From NCBI GenBank assembly GCA_008632985.1, contig QPGO01000014.1:1-64000 (forward strand): 64,000 bases of DNA, given 5' to 3'. The position numbers were made by a program, and so were the translations under genes. A model generated the notes under the pieces. It worked only from the letters and a program-made list of their open reading frames with translations, was not told the DNA's origin and made no database searches. The DNA comes from Psammoneis japonica (lineage: Eukaryota). Shown here piece by piece: positions 11,453 through 24,517 of this stretch. Position 1 is the first letter of the stretch. Every line of letters starts with the position of its first letter.

Positions 11453-12125
11453 CGCTATTGTTGTTGTTTTCCGGTTACACAAGACCCGTGGAGAAAAATT
11501 ATGCGAGATGCTTCTGCGAATGTCAGCGGTGAAAAAAGTGTGTGTCGTGTCGCTGACCGCTCACGCTCGAGAGTGAAAAGAAGAGACGGGACATCGGAAC
11601 TCTGACGAACGCACCGCGTAGAAACGTATGCACCGTTCGCGTGACAGTTTCGTGAAAACACATATTCAGAATTTAATAGTTATATAAATCCGCGTTTACG
11701 TGCAGTCTACGACGGGGAGTAGCGATCGAAATTGATTGGTAACGACCGATTTGATTGTGTCCGTTATGTATACATAAGTATAGTCAACATAAGCTAACTT
11801 AAAGGCTTTTAATTTTATATGATAGTTGACAGTCTGGATGGCTGATGACGTCTTCTTGATGACGTATATAACGCTGACACGACTGAATGACATGACGCCG
11901 TAAAACCACGACCACACATCCAAACAAGACTCAACTCTGCTAGTCCCGCGAGCGACCGTCAGAAGGGAGGATTGCGTCAACAATCAATCAAGCCCAACCA
12001 TAACCCATAAAAGACAACAACAAACTGCTCTTGCTAACCCCTACATGTACTTACACACAACCCGTGCTAAAGAATTGTGCCATTCCTTTGTTCTCCTAAC
12101 AAGCATCTGGGACCTGAGATAAATT

Positions 12126-12659
12126 ATGGTTACAAAATCCGAGGTGGAGGATCTGATCCGGGATTGGTATGATTCCCATCCCAACCAATATTCACTCACG
12201 GTCGAGGGGGAGGAGGCGAAACCTACAATCGAAGGGTATAATCCTGAGCAAAGAAAGGAAAAAGATAACCTCGTTCGGGTTCGATGGAAGGGTATGACGA
12301 TAACCTTGGCTTTTGAAAAGCCTCTCGTGAATATTGAATGGACTCGAGACGGATTGCAGTCCAATTTTGCTTATGTTGTACTGGACGACATTCCTCATGA
12401 AATTTCTGTGGATGGATGGAAGATTGCCCCCAAAACTCCTCAGTCGTCCAAACGAGATGGTGTAACATTTCATGAAGTGAGCGAGTCTAGATTGACATTT
12501 AGGATTGATTGGAGCATTTTTGCAGTTTCTGGTTATTCGAGATCCCAGCGTTGCCAGGACGAAATGAGAATAGCCGACAAATCAATGCCGGAAGATTGCT
12601 GTGTTAACGTGCGAAAAACGCTGCCACTGCACGTCGAGGTGAATGTCTCAAAACCCTAA
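12126..12659 (+). CDS. Hypothetical protein, 177 aa
   Basis: Clean ATG-TAA ORF with normal amino-acid composition; no family recognised. Confidence 0.6.
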   Translation: MVTKSEVEDLIRDWYDSHPNQYSLTVEGEEAKPTIEGYNPEQRKEKDNLVRVRWKGMTITLAFEKPLVNIEWTRDGLQSNFAYVVLDDIPHEISVDGWKIAPKTPQSSKRDGVTFHEVSESRLTFRIDWSIFAVSGYSRSQRCQDEMRIADKSMPEDCCVNVRKTLPLHVEVNVSKP

Positions 12660-12903
12660 TATATATACCAAGTTTTGACGAGATACACCGGAAGATTTCA
12701 TCATCTAAGCTCCTGAACTTATGAAAGGTCGCATGTCGGCGGGAAGCAAGTCTACTCGTCAGAACGACCACCGAAGATGTTCAAATCTTCTGACTAAATT
12801 TGAGAAATGCATATTATAGGATTTAGCTTGTCATATTGCCTACTTGTTAGACAGAATAAGGCTTTAATTTTCCGTTCTGCACACGAAAACCTTTTTACTC
12901 GAG

Positions 12904-13854
12904 TTATTCCGCGTCACTGTTCTTCTTGCTCATGCTGATGCCCTGAAAAGCCATGTACCCCATTATGAGTGCAGTACCACCTATGCTCCATAGAGAAAGT
13001 GATTCATGCAAAATGGTAATTTCAAACAGAAATGCAAAGACGATTTGGATATTCGTCACAAGGGTAGCTGTCGCAGCGCTATCGCATAGCTTGAGCCCCA
13101 TGTTGGTGAAAAGCTGCCCCAGAAATCCAGCCAAACCCAACCCAGAATAAACAAGCAATTCATGTGAGGAGGGCTTTCCTATAACGTCCCAACTACCCTC
13201 GAGTAATTTGCTTCCTAGCGGAGCACTGAGAGCCGAAACGACAGCGTAGTAAAACACCATGACGCTCGCATCCGAACGCGAACCAATGAGTCTGACCAAC
13301 ACGTAAGCTACCGCCGCAAACGCAGCTCCCGCTAGACCGATAATTGTAGCTGTGGCGGTATTTGCTGTTGCGGATGTCGCAACAGCTCCAAAGAGCCATG
13401 AAGGACGAGCAATCATGAGTACACCAGTGAGACAGCAAAGTGCCCCAATCATATCGGCGGGTTTCCAGGACTCGCCGAGCAATGGAACCGCTATAAGTGC
13501 TGCAAATACAGGTGTTGTAAACTGCAGCGTGATCGCATCTGGAAGGGGCAGTTTCTGGACCGCATAATAAAAAGCAGCAACAGCAATCGATCCTGTCGCA
13601 GCCCGAAGTGTGAGCAAACCTCGAACACCCTCGGGCCCAAGTACATTCTTTTCCTCCTTAACAAGCACCATCCACGAAAGAACTGCTTGAACGACCGATC
13701 TATAAAATACCAATGTAAAGGTGGGCGCGTTCGAATACAGCTTTACTCCGAGAAACATGAGAGAAAAGGACAACGAAGCGAGCGTCATGAAGATGACCCC
13801 ACGGACGTTGTCACTCAATGCCGGTGCCTCATCGCTGCCACCTCGCGCCACCAT
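12904..13854 (-). CDS. EamA/DMT-family membrane transporter (SLC35G-like)
   Basis: About 10 hydrophobic helices; motifs LPLPDAITLQFTTPVFAALIA.PLLGE and GVLMIARP. Confidence 0.85.
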   Translation of the reverse strand: MVARGGSDEAPALSDNVRGVIFMTLASLSFSLMFLGVKLYSNAPTFTLVFYRSVVQAVLSWMVLVKEEKNVLGPEGVRGLLTLRAATGSIAVAAFYYAVQKLPLPDAITLQFTTPVFAALIAVPLLGESWKPADMIGALCCLTGVLMIARPSWLFGAVATSATANTATATIIGLAGAAFAAVAYVLVRLIGSRSDASVMVFYYAVVSALSAPLGSKLLEGSWDVIGKPSSHELLVYSGLGLAGFLGQLFTNMGLKLCDSAATATLVTNIQIVFAFLFEITILHESLSLWSIGGTALIMGYMAFQGISMSKKNSDAE

Positions 13855-14279
13855 TTGTAGCCCATATTCACAATTACCGCTGCCCTGTCTTTGTTCGACC
13901 AGTTGAGCAGGCAGGGTGTTTGTGTACTGTATCTTTGTGTATGCATTTGACTTGTTGCTGTTCTTGGAAAACTGTCGATGATTGACCGCAACTTGAGATG
14001 TTGCTGGTGTCGGACTCTGCCAGCACGAGCCACCATGAAGAACAGTAAAAAAGTGTTCCGAGGATTATAATCACGTTCATACTTAGTTGTGATCCAAAGA
14101 TGCAATCTACTTTCCTGTGTTTGCGGGGACCATTGCGTGCGTTTTTGTTGGAGTGTTCTCGTTTCTCTCCTCTCGTGTGATCCAAAAAGATCCAAAATCT
14201 TTCGTCCGTCTGTAGTGCGGCAGTTGGCCTCACCTGCAATGGCCTCCTTCCTGCTGCCAATCTCTACTCTAGCTATAGC

Positions 14280-15730
14280 AGGCAGGGCCCCACAGCTTCC
14301 TGGACCGCCATCACCTCTGCCAGATTTGGGCTTGCTCACCACACAACTGCTCCCACCCAATGGGGTCTCCAGAGCCTCAGCCTCACCATCGCCAATCCCT
14401 TGCTGACCAACCACTTCTCTCCGCCACTCTTCCCCACAGCCCGCATGTTCCCTGCCTGCATGCATGACGCTGTTTCACCCCACCATTCCATCTGCACCTC
14501 ACATTGCATCACTGGGTGATGCAGCACGTGAACTCCTGCTCATGCACGCGCACGACCGCCGCAATCTTCAGCAGCTGTTTCCATCCTCTGGTCGTTTTGT
14601 TGTCGCTGGAGAACATTTTTTTTGTCTTCCTGTCTTGTTGCTTCTCCAGCTCAGTTTGTCTCAAAAGGAAGGGTTCATCTGCAGGCACCCAGGAGGGAGG
14701 TGGGGGGGTCTGCAAAGTGTTTTGCCATCATTGCATCTTTCTCTGTTGGCACCAAAAGCAAAAAGATGATGAAACACCCACCTCCGCCAAACTCAGGTCC
14801 CAAAAACAAAGATTTCTTGTTTGGTTTGGCTGAAACCTTGCCATGCAGCAAACCCCACATTCTCTCATTGTCAACTCCTGGCACAGATTGATTGGATTTC
14901 AAGACCCTTGTTGAGAAGAATGGGGAGACTGTCTTTTTTCAGCTGGCGGATCATCCATTTGCAGTCACAAAGCCAGGCTTCTGGATGGTTTGAATTGTGG
15001 TGGTGCTTGGGCTCACTTGATGCCGGCCTGTGGTGCAAGGGGAAGGGGAAAACCATCAAGCTGCATGTGTGATCTCCAGGACAGAAGAGTTTGCTCTGAA
15101 CATTGTTGGCTGTGTGTCTGTCAGTGACCCCAAGATGTCATGAGCAAACTCCACTTGTGACTGCCTCAGCTGTTTTTTTTTTTCCTTTTGGTTAGAGGGC
15201 AAAGGATTTGCAGTGTGCAAGACATGGAAGTGTCAAGACAAGTTCAACTGAGGCTTCAACTTGGTGAGAAAGCTGCGATCACAGGCTGTGCAATCAATGC
15301 CAAATGTCCAGAGGGTGAGATGTTTGATCCTTCACACGTCATCAAGAGTCTCGGGGTCAACCAGACCAAGATGATCTCCACCAGTGGCACAACTCAAACA
15401 TGTCAAGGAGAAGCTGACTGGCTGGAGCTGTGTTGCTGAGGCCTGGTCTCTAGAGATTGCTTTGTTGAACTTTGTGATTTTCATGTTGGGTGCTTGAGTG
15501 TGGATGAACTTCAATTTTCACACATTCTTGTTTTGGTCGCAATCAGTTTTCGCCTTCTGCCTGTGCAGAAAGGTTTTCATTGGTGAAGGTGGGCTGATTG
15601 GAGCGCGACAGAATTCTTTGCAGGAGCAAAAATGAACCTTGCGCTTTTGACGGCTTTGCCTTTCACCCTCCTGTTGCGCTCCCTCACTCTCCAGAGCAGG
15701 GTGTTTCAACGACTTCTTGCGAGAGAGACT
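14280..15730. mobile_element. Degenerate TpA/CpG-depleted repeat island, unclassified
   Basis: Only 2 TpA found in about 1.44 kb (TTAG near 15192, CTAG near 15450), between two normal genes; no terminal repeats recognised. Confidence 0.5.
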
Positions 15731-16170
15731 TGTCCTACACCTCGTAGTTTTATGGTTTGAAAGAAGATTTGTGGTCGAAAACTCTATGCCGGCAGGAGCA
15801 TCCAACATGACATCAAATTATTATTTACGGTTTAACCACCTAATTGGGATTGATTCTTCTAATTCTCGATCTGTGCAATGACATCTTGAAGCCTCTCTTG
15901 TGGCATTCGCCATAACCAGATGTGCAATTCCTTCATACCCTTGCACGCCTGCTGCACTCGTTAGTTGCAGCATGATAGGATTCTTGCTCCTACCATTCCT
16001 AACATTCTTCACGCCTCCAATCATGCTGCTGAGCAAACTCAGAGGCGTGTCTGAACATTGCAGAACTGTGAGCGTCAGTAATTGGTGGCTTGCACGTATA
16101 TTTATATGTGAGAAGTCGAAACCCAACACTTGAGATGACTTTCTACCGGTGGCGTAAGCGGCGGTGACAA

Positions 16171-17858
16171 CTAGTTTATTGCTGATCCGGCAACTTGCCT
16201 TTTCTTTTGTCCCCGATTTCGAATGACCCGTCCAAGGTCACCGTGTCCAGCTGAGACTCGTGCGAGGACTGCTGCTGCATAAACCCCTAACCTCATTGTG
16301 AAGGTTCCGTAGATGAACCCAATCGACTTACACGTTTGGAGCAAGTAAAGTTGCAGCGCGCAAGTCATTGTGCCTACAGATAGCATGAACCCAAAGTCCC
16401 TCGAGGCAAGCATGGCACCATCTACAGTGACTGTCGAAGGATACAAGAGAAGCAACATTAGTAGAGGGAATGTGTGTGAAGGAACGCAAAGAATTGTTTT
16501 ATTTCCGTACCTGCGAGAATCGCTGTAGCAACAGCCATAAAGACATCAGGCGCCGCACGTTTTGCGATAGCTTGTACTGATGCATTGGAAGAAAAGAGTC
16601 CTGAACCAAATTTGAGAGACAGAAACGAAACACCTCCAACACCCAAGGCGGTAAGGATACCGAGAATCAGAACTGACTTGAACGTCGCAAGAGCTCTGTC
16701 TCCATCCTGCGAATCCACAATGGCTGGTAAATTTGTTTGAGATAGCTGACTAAGTGGCTCTCCAAACAAGAGAAAGAACAAGACCAAGTTGATACTCAGT
16801 TGGTAGGCTGCTAGCGATTCAACTCCTAATTTCATGGCTGCCCGTTGCATGGCAATGAAACCGGTAAGACGAGTAATTGTAATAGCGAAAAGCGGCCCAG
16901 TAAACTCCAAAAGTCCCCTTAATTCCGATTTGGATGGAACTTTCAACCTCGGTAGAATCTTTTTCTTTGCCAAGGCTCGAACCATGAAACCAGAACTAAA
17001 CAGTGTTGCAAAGGATGTTGCGGCAGCCGCACCAGAACAACCCCACCGTACCGGCCAACAGCAAAGGAACGCATCGCCAAAGATGTTGACCAAAGCAGAC
17101 AAAGCAATGATTCTTAAAGGTGTGATTGCATCACGTGTCGCCATCATAATGGATAGGCATACACTCTGAGCAAGAGCCGCCCAAGCAATCGCTCCTCTCC
17201 AGTAAATGTATGACGCTGCAGGGGCCCGCAAAACAGGATCAACGTTGAGCGCAGCAAGCATTTTCGGCGTAAATAGAGCGTAGCCAATCGAAAGAAGAAA
17301 ACCGCAGGCAAGCGACACGGTCAGAGGAGCTGATCCAGCTCGACGAGCAGCGACAGTATCACCCTCATCATCCCCATTGACGCTGGCATACGCCCGAGAT
17401 ACGAGTCCTGTGGTGGCTCGACCCAGAAAAGAAAATAGGTAGAGCATTTGGTCGGTGCATATTGTTGCTGGAGATAGAGCCGCCAATCCGGCAGTCCCGA
17501 CTGTTTGGCCGACAAAGGCGTTGTCGATGTTGGACAGCAGTGGGTTGGAAAGGTAGATCCCAAGAGCTGGAATTGCGAAGGTAAGCATTTTCCTTTTTGA
17601 CGCCTTTACCTTTTGCGGCATTTCGTCATCATCATTTGATTCCACTGGAGATTCTTTCTTATTAAGTACTTCTTTTTCGTCTTGCTCGCCTTTTCGAATC
17701 ACTAATAATCGATAGAGTCCTTGTTGTGATTGTACATTCGTTGAACGAAACGATCTCACTGAGCAAGCCGAGAAACACACCACGAATCTCTGCATCCCAG
17801 AACAGAGGAAAACCAGCACGATAAGACAACTTCTAGCAGAACCATTGGCAGGCATCAT
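16171..17858 (-). CDS. MATE-family efflux transporter (exons 17858-16511 and 16430-16171)
   Basis: FAIPALGIYLSNPLLSNIDNAFVG...LAALSPAT; intron 16510-16431 restores ..ILA|VTVDGAMLASRDF; N-terminal signal-like peptide. Confidence 0.88.
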
Positions 17859-18110
17859 GCCATAAAGACTGTAATGTGTGATTCAATTCGGTTCAAAGCA
17901 GGAAGCAGGACAAGCAACAGGTTCAGGTGTGAATAAAAAAATGGAAAAAGGAGAAAGGAAAAGGACACCGATGCGATAGAAAAAGGGTGGGTGAGCTCCC
18001 CGATCTCGCGATTGTCGCGCGCGCAGAGGCTTGTCAAGATGCGAAGCCGGAAGCAATTTTTTTTTTTTTAAGATTTTTTAGAATTGGAATGGGAACCTGC
18101 TCGTTCGACC

Positions 18111-19221
18111 ATGAAGATGAAGAATTACCTGTTAGCCTTGATATTTGCGCCACTTCCATGGGTTTCGGCGTTTGCCTCTCACCGTTTGGCTCCTACATCG
18201 AAAGTATGGCTCCGTGACGTATCCATGCCACAACAAGCCACGAAAAGACGGCAGCAGTTCATGTCTGCGGCTGTGCATCAGCAAGAAGCTCCCGATGATT
18301 TCACAATTGACAATGTTGACAAGGGAATATCTCTTCCGGTTTCAGCGGCAGCGATGATATTGGCGACATTTAGTTTGCCTACCGAAGCCTGTGCCGCCAC
18401 GATTTCGTCTGGAGGCGCGATTCCGTCGGCCCTCTGGGCATATGCTCATTACTTTTCGATTCTCGTCATTACGGGTTGTCTCACGGCCGAACGACTGATT
18501 GTGAAACCCAATATGGCAGTTGAGGACGAAAACACGATTGTAAAGTTGGACTTAATTTACGGCCTAATGGCGGCGCTCTTGATCATTTCAGGCTTTGCCA
18601 GAGCAACCAATGTACGTTTGCGTTACTACTCTTTTGACATCTAGCTAGAGGACGTGACAAAAGTTCGTTACTCAATCCATGCATTCACACTCTTTTTTAT
18701 TTCTTTTCTCGCCTTTCAGTTTGGAAAAGGAGGAGACTTTTACATCCATGAGCCTCTGTTCTGGGTCAAAATGACAGTCTCCGGAGTGTGGGGAGGCCTG
18801 TCTCTATTCCCCTCTCGTAAGTGCTTCAGATACTGGTATGGCTGCGAATCTTTATCAAAGTATCAAATCTTTTTTATCTAATTTTGCTTTGCTATTTTCT
18901 ACTGTACAATCTGATTATTCAGTTACATTCTACAAACGCAACTTTGCACGCAAAAACAACGAAGAAGTGCTGCCACTTTCCGAAAAGCTAACGAACCGAC
19001 TGCACCAAATCATCAATGCTGAGATCTCCGCAATACTCAGTATACCCATTCTTGCGACACTCATGTCTCGTGGTGTAGGATATTCATCCGAATTGCCATG
19101 GCCGGTTGGGCTGGTAGCTTCACTTGCAGCCACGGGCGGGTCCTTTTTCTTCTATGCAAGACAGGCACTAACGTGGACTGAAGACAGCGGTGTTTCTGTT
19201 GTAGAAGACAAAGATGAATAG
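18111..19221 (+). CDS. DUF2214-like membrane protein, probably plastid-targeted (3 exons)
   Basis: Signal peptide ending VSAFA; AYAHYFSIL, DLIYGLMA, GKGGDFYIHEPLFWVKM, IPILATLMSRGVG; two introns at about 18612-18719 and 18818-18921. Confidence 0.75.
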
Positions 19222-19436
19222 GGAGTCAGTAATGGCGGGTATAGAAATCAGTGGAGAAAGTCAGATAAAGTAAAAAGAAAAAGCCTTTACCTGGTAGCTA
19301 GAGATTTGCTCATCGTGGTGAACAATAACAGACGGCCAGACCGATTAAGAGAAAAAAAAACTGAAAACTGCCGCCGACGTGATGCGTTGGGAATGTTTGC
19401 GACGACGTTGGTTTCATGACGAATGGAAACGGTACT

Positions 19437-20493
19437 ATGGTGAAGGAGAGTCAGGGAGACGGTCGTCGTCAAGATGTTATTGATGATAAAGATAATGGCC
19501 TGAACAGAGACGATGAGGTGAAGTGGACGGATGCCCAGATCCGATGGACTGACGGGGTTGGCGCCTCATCATTTGTCGATGACAAAGAAAAGAAGAATCA
19601 GGTTATGTGGATCCATTTGTTGATCCCGACCCGACCGAAACCTTCGAGTTTCAGTTTCCGACAATGGATGAGGGAGAAACGATCAACATAAGCATTGAAG
19701 GATACAAAACACAGTCCGATCAAGTCTGGCAATCGACCGGATTGACGTTATGGAAAGCCTCGACGTACCTGTGTGATTACATGGTACAACACGCTTCAGA
19801 GCTATGTCATAAACAGATCTTGGAGGTACGATGTTGGAGAGTCTGAGTCAAAATGCCCCCTCTAGTTTTTACCTCATCTCTTGCAATTCGTCTGCCCTCT
19901 TGACCATGTAGTTGGGTGCCGGATTGGGTTTGAATGGGATCTTGGCACATTGTTTGGCACCGACTTCGAGTACCGTGTTTGTTACAGACGGAGATACCAA
20001 CACCTTATTGCCGCTACGGAACAACATACGACGGAATCGCTGTGCGGATGGCCGAATCTTTGCGTCCCAGTTGCTATGGGGAAAAGACACTGCCCATTCC
20101 TTCCTGAAGTCAATCCGTCACAGCGAACGTGAAAGCGGTAACAGTCATGGCGAAACGAATACAGCCAACAAATTCGACATCATTTTGGCGTCAGATGTAG
20201 TTTATGCTTCGGTGGTCATTGATCCGTTGTGGGAAACTATTCAAACTTTGCTCAATCTGACAGGGCAATTTTGGATGGCCTTTGCAAAACGGAGAGTCCC
20301 GGTAACTGTCGAGTATTTGCTACAAAAAGCTACACAGTATGGATTCCGGTATGAACTTGTCGCAGAAATGACGGTCGAATCCAACAAGCATATCACAGAG
20401 GACACCGCAACCCATACCAACCCTGACATTGAAGATGCTGCCGGTGCGGAAGAAGTCTACATCTATGTCTTTGAATGGGATGATTCGACATGA
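19437..20493 (+). CDS. Lysine methyltransferase, METTL21/Methyltransf_16 family (intron about 19826-19910; apparent 1-nt frameshift near 19590)
   Basis: STGLTLWKAS, ILE|LGAGLG, VTDGD, LLWG, FDIILASDVVY. Confidence 0.8.
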
Positions 20494-21524
20494 ATGGGGC
20501 CAAGTTGCTAGTTCATGGATAGGAGGAGGATGTGGTTGTCAGAGGCCTTCATCAAGGAGCCAATTTCTTGCTTCTGGTAGTAATGGGTATTGCGGTCACA
20601 TTATAGGGCGGGCTAACGAGCATTCTCTGGAATGGTTCACCTCAATGTTGAGAACCCAAAACACACTGCCGCGGTGCAGTCCATGTTGCCTACGAGTTTT
20701 GCGACCCAATGCTGGCCAAGGAACCATGACATAAAGATTAAAACCGAGGAACTATAAGAAATGCCGTGCCCAGGTTTTCGGTTGCATCTTTGCTTGGAGA
20801 GAACACCGCATCTATGACTTAAGAATAGACGAGTGAAGTGGACACTGCCACCTAGAGTTAAACAGCACACATCTATGGGCGTGCAACATCATTTGTCGCA
20901 ATAAGTTCCAGAGGCGAAGAAGTCATCTCTTTGTTCCATAAATCCCTTCAACTCATGTATCACTAGGTTAGAGTTCACGAAAAGCGCTTTTGACGCATTG
21001 AATGAACTTCCAGTCACAAAATGCAGCAAAACGTCATTTTAGAAGAACCACGTGCTGTTTATGCGTTTATTTGTGCTGTTGACAACCCAAAGCCTGTTGT
21101 CCGTACTGTAACTCAAAGAGATCCATAGTTTAGACAACGTCCATCAGAGCATTATGTCGTTTCACTGACAATGTTAGAAGCTCAATCTGAGCTCAGTAAG
21201 GTTATTGCCACGGTAGTATGTTCCGCAAAAAAATAATCTTGCTGTCCCGGGCATCAGAAACGCGACCAAGTGAAGCACGACTCAACAAACCGGAAGCAAA
21301 ACCGCGACCCCAGACAAGAGTCAGTTCTTGCAGGCACAAAGCAAGAGGAATGCTAAAAGTGTGACGTGTTCTCTCGTTGCTCGCAAATGCGTTGGTGTTG
21401 CACTTCATCCCGCTCATTGATATCCTCGCTTTGCCAACAGGCGATCATGCATAGAGAGAGACTTAACAGTAATTTCCACCTCTGCCGCTGCGAACCGATA
21501 CCCGATACCCGAGCTCGTAACAAC

Positions 21525-22538
21525 ATGGGAAGCGCATCAGAGAAGAATGCAACTCAGCCAGTTGTTGGCGACATGTCGCTGGCGACCAAAGCAATTGGAT
21601 ACATGTGCTTTTCCGCATTTGGGCTCCTTCTGTTTGTGGTGGCGCTCGCGTTGTTGGTCGGCCTCATCTACTTTCCTCGCACCGTGGGCCTGTACTTGAT
21701 TATTCCTTACTACACATACACACTCATACTTCGGCGAGATGAGCTCAAGGACGGAAATCATTGGCACCGGTTCAGCAAAACCTTTATCCTTTTTCGGCCC
21801 ATGCGAAGGTTCCTCGGACTCGAAGTCGCCCCTATCCCAAAGGAGCTTGCCGACGCTGAGAAACGACCTGGCGCTCAGTTTTTGTTTGCCGTTTTTCCAC
21901 ACGGCGACGCTAGTGACTATCGAGTGCTCATGGATGGAATGTTACCTCAGGTGTTTCCAAATGTCGCAGAAAATGTTCGTGTCCTTGCCGCATCGGTTCT
22001 GTTTCGCCTTCCTATTGTACGCGAGATTGCCTTGTGGACGGGCTGTGTCGATGCCCGACGCTCCGTGGCCGAATCACTCTTGGACCGTAAGCGGTCAGTG
22101 TTGGTCTTGCCAGGAGGAATGGACGAGCAGATTCGCACAATGCATGGTAAGGAGGTGATCTACCTTCAGCGTCGCAAAGGCTTCATCAAATTGGCCATGC
22201 GCAAAGGCGTACCAGTGGTTCCCGTCTACGTGTTTGGTGTTTCCGACTACTATTACGTTAGCAAAGCCCTTTTTGGTTATCGATTGTGGATCATGAAAAA
22301 TGTGGGTGCGTGCATAACCTTGTCGGCTGGCTACATGGGCTCGATATCATGTCCGTTGCCTGTCAAGACGACCATTGTGTTTGGAAAGCCTCTCTACTTT
22401 GATGCAAAAGACAAAGGGTCGCCTACAACGGAAGAGCTGGATACGGCCCATTCCGTGTTCATGGCTGCACTGACGAGTCTGTTTGATGAGCAAAAGGCAC
22501 GGCTGGGATACGGTGATCGCACTCTCGAAATAATGTGA
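21525..22538 (+). CDS. DGAT2: Diacylglycerol acyltransferase type 2 family protein
   Basis: YFP, FPHG (HPHG variant), VLPGGMDEQ, RKGFIKLAMRKGVPVVPVYVFG, IVFGKP. Confidence 0.88.
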   Translation: MGSASEKNATQPVVGDMSLATKAIGYMCFSAFGLLLFVVALALLVGLIYFPRTVGLYLIIPYYTYTLILRRDELKDGNHWHRFSKTFILFRPMRRFLGLEVAPIPKELADAEKRPGAQFLFAVFPHGDASDYRVLMDGMLPQVFPNVAENVRVLAASVLFRLPIVREIALWTGCVDARRSVAESLLDRKRSVLVLPGGMDEQIRTMHGKEVIYLQRRKGFIKLAMRKGVPVVPVYVFGVSDYYYVSKALFGYRLWIMKNVGACITLSAGYMGSISCPLPVKTTIVFGKPLYFDAKDKGSPTTEELDTAHSVFMAALTSLFDEQKARLGYGDRTLEIM

Positions 22539-23150
22539 AAACCTCATTACTCTACCGTGGGACCAATGTGAAACTGAAGAATCGCTAGGGTGTTCCAAAA
22601 AAGAGTTTGATGCGAATACGAGTCATTGTGAAGGAGAGATCAAAATCATGTACTGAAGTGTTTCAAGTATGATCCGTACAAGCACCAGAAATCAACTGGG
22701 AGGAAGACGATGCTCCTAAGATTACCATTTTCACGCCCCGTGTTCTGTACAGAACAGCAGGAAAGTATGGGATTTTCAGTCAAGAAGCGATCGTCTAGAA
22801 ATCTAGGGCCCAATTTAGATTCGACACAGTAGGGCGTAGCTTGTGACGACAAATCTTAGCAACTCCAAATCCAAATAGCAAGCGCGTTTTCGTCGCTTAG
22901 GCTTCCCTACCTGTACTTGGGTATCGTTTGGCCACAGAGCTGAAGCTGAGAAGCCGAGAGAATGAGGGAACACCAACGCAGTTTTCTCGAGCGCCAAAAT
23001 TCATTTTCTTCGACTCTATAACTTTTGCCTGACATCTGGCGTCTGGCTGCCTATGCGCGTCCGGTGGGTGCATGATTCTGATGATGCTTACCATATAATA
23101 GAGATGACAATTAATTGTGGGGTTATTCTGACGCATAGTCCAGAGTCTGT

Positions 23151-24335
23151 ATGCTTGAAGTTGACTGCACTAGAGGACGAGTTGCCCTTGTAGTTGCTGA
23201 TCGCCATCCACGCATCTTCTTGGTTCAACTACTTGTCTGTCTGTGCTGCTGCATTTCTCTGTTTCGATCTTCAAACGCGGCCATGATTCCTGCTTCAACA
23301 CCGGCATTTGCCGTCCGAGTGGTTTCTTACAATGTCTTATCGTCCCATCTAGCGTCCCCATCGCACTTTAGCACTCTAGATCCAGCACATTTGGATGCAA
23401 GCAATCGCTTACCAAAGATCTTTCGAAAACTCCAAGACGAAGTTGAAGCCGACGGCATTCCAAAGATTTTTTGTCTTCAGGAAGTTTCTCATGACTGGGC
23501 GGGCAAGTTTCACACGTGGTTTGCCAATCGAGGCTATCATTTGGTGACAGGGCTCTATGGTAAAAAATTTAATGGATACATGGGTGTAGCTATGGCGTAT
23601 CCGATCTCTGTCTTTGAAACAATCGACGTGGATGTTTCTCAGCTAAGCGATAAGCGAGTCGGTGGGTGGCCTGTTGAACCAGAACGTGGTTTGGTATCGC
23701 GTGCTTGGAATGGATTACAGTCTCTCGCTAATATTCCCTTGAAGATTGTCGGATATCAGCAGAAAACACCGATTGATCACTGGAAAATGTCTCAGTATCG
23801 CCGAAACATTCTTCTCACCGCAACCTTACGGGACAAGAGCACCAAGCAAGCCTTTTGTATTGCCAATTACCACATGCCTTGCGCGTTTTATGCACCCATG
23901 GTAATGAGTATTCATGCAGACTTGGCAGCAAGACATGTTCAAGATTTATCCTGCGGTTTGCCTTATATTCTGGCTGGAGATTTTAACATCTTGCCCGACT
24001 CGCCCACCTACCAACTGCTCGTCACTGGAAAGCTAGACAAGAGCGATCCAAGCTATCCAACGCCTAAGCATGGTATGGAATGGACTCCTACATTCGAAGC
24101 ACTCAAGAGTGCTTACGCAGAGTCTACACATGGAGAACCAGACTTTACCAATTATGCGCGCGTTAGGCAAGATGAGCCCTTTATTGGAACCCTTGATTAC
24201 ATTTTCTTGTCGAAAGCCTGGGGAGTCATAAAGGTGAAACCAGTTGTGAACCGCAATGTGGCCAATGGGCCATTTCCTAATCAAGTGGAACCCAGTGACC
24301 ACGTCGTTATTTCAGCAGACTTGGGATTGATATGA
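23151..24335 (+). CDS. CCR4/nocturnin-like EEP-family nuclease/phosphatase
   Basis: VVSYNVLS, FCLQEV, ILAGDFN, FTNY, GTLDYIF, PSDH; start codon uncertain. Confidence 0.88.
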   Translation: MLEVDCTRGRVALVVADRHPRIFLVQLLVCLCCCISLFRSSNAAMIPASTPAFAVRVVSYNVLSSHLASPSHFSTLDPAHLDASNRLPKIFRKLQDEVEADGIPKIFCLQEVSHDWAGKFHTWFANRGYHLVTGLYGKKFNGYMGVAMAYPISVFETIDVDVSQLSDKRVGGWPVEPERGLVSRAWNGLQSLANIPLKIVGYQQKTPIDHWKMSQYRRNILLTATLRDKSTKQAFCIANYHMPCAFYAPMVMSIHADLAARHVQDLSCGLPYILAGDFNILPDSPTYQLLVTGKLDKSDPSYPTPKHGMEWTPTFEALKSAYAESTHGEPDFTNYARVRQDEPFIGTLDYIFLSKAWGVIKVKPVVNRNVANGPFPNQVEPSDHVVISADLGLI

Positions 24336-24517
24336 GAGGAAAGGAACTTCAATGTGGTCACGATCAGAATACCTCTGTCGCATTGGGACATTGCTATACA
24401 AATGAATTAAAACTTGTTACAACTAGGAATCCTAATGCGTACCATACTAAACTTCAGAGCACTTCAATTCTTACGTCTTCGATTGCCCTTGAACTGTTCA
24501 AAGCACGAAATATCAAT

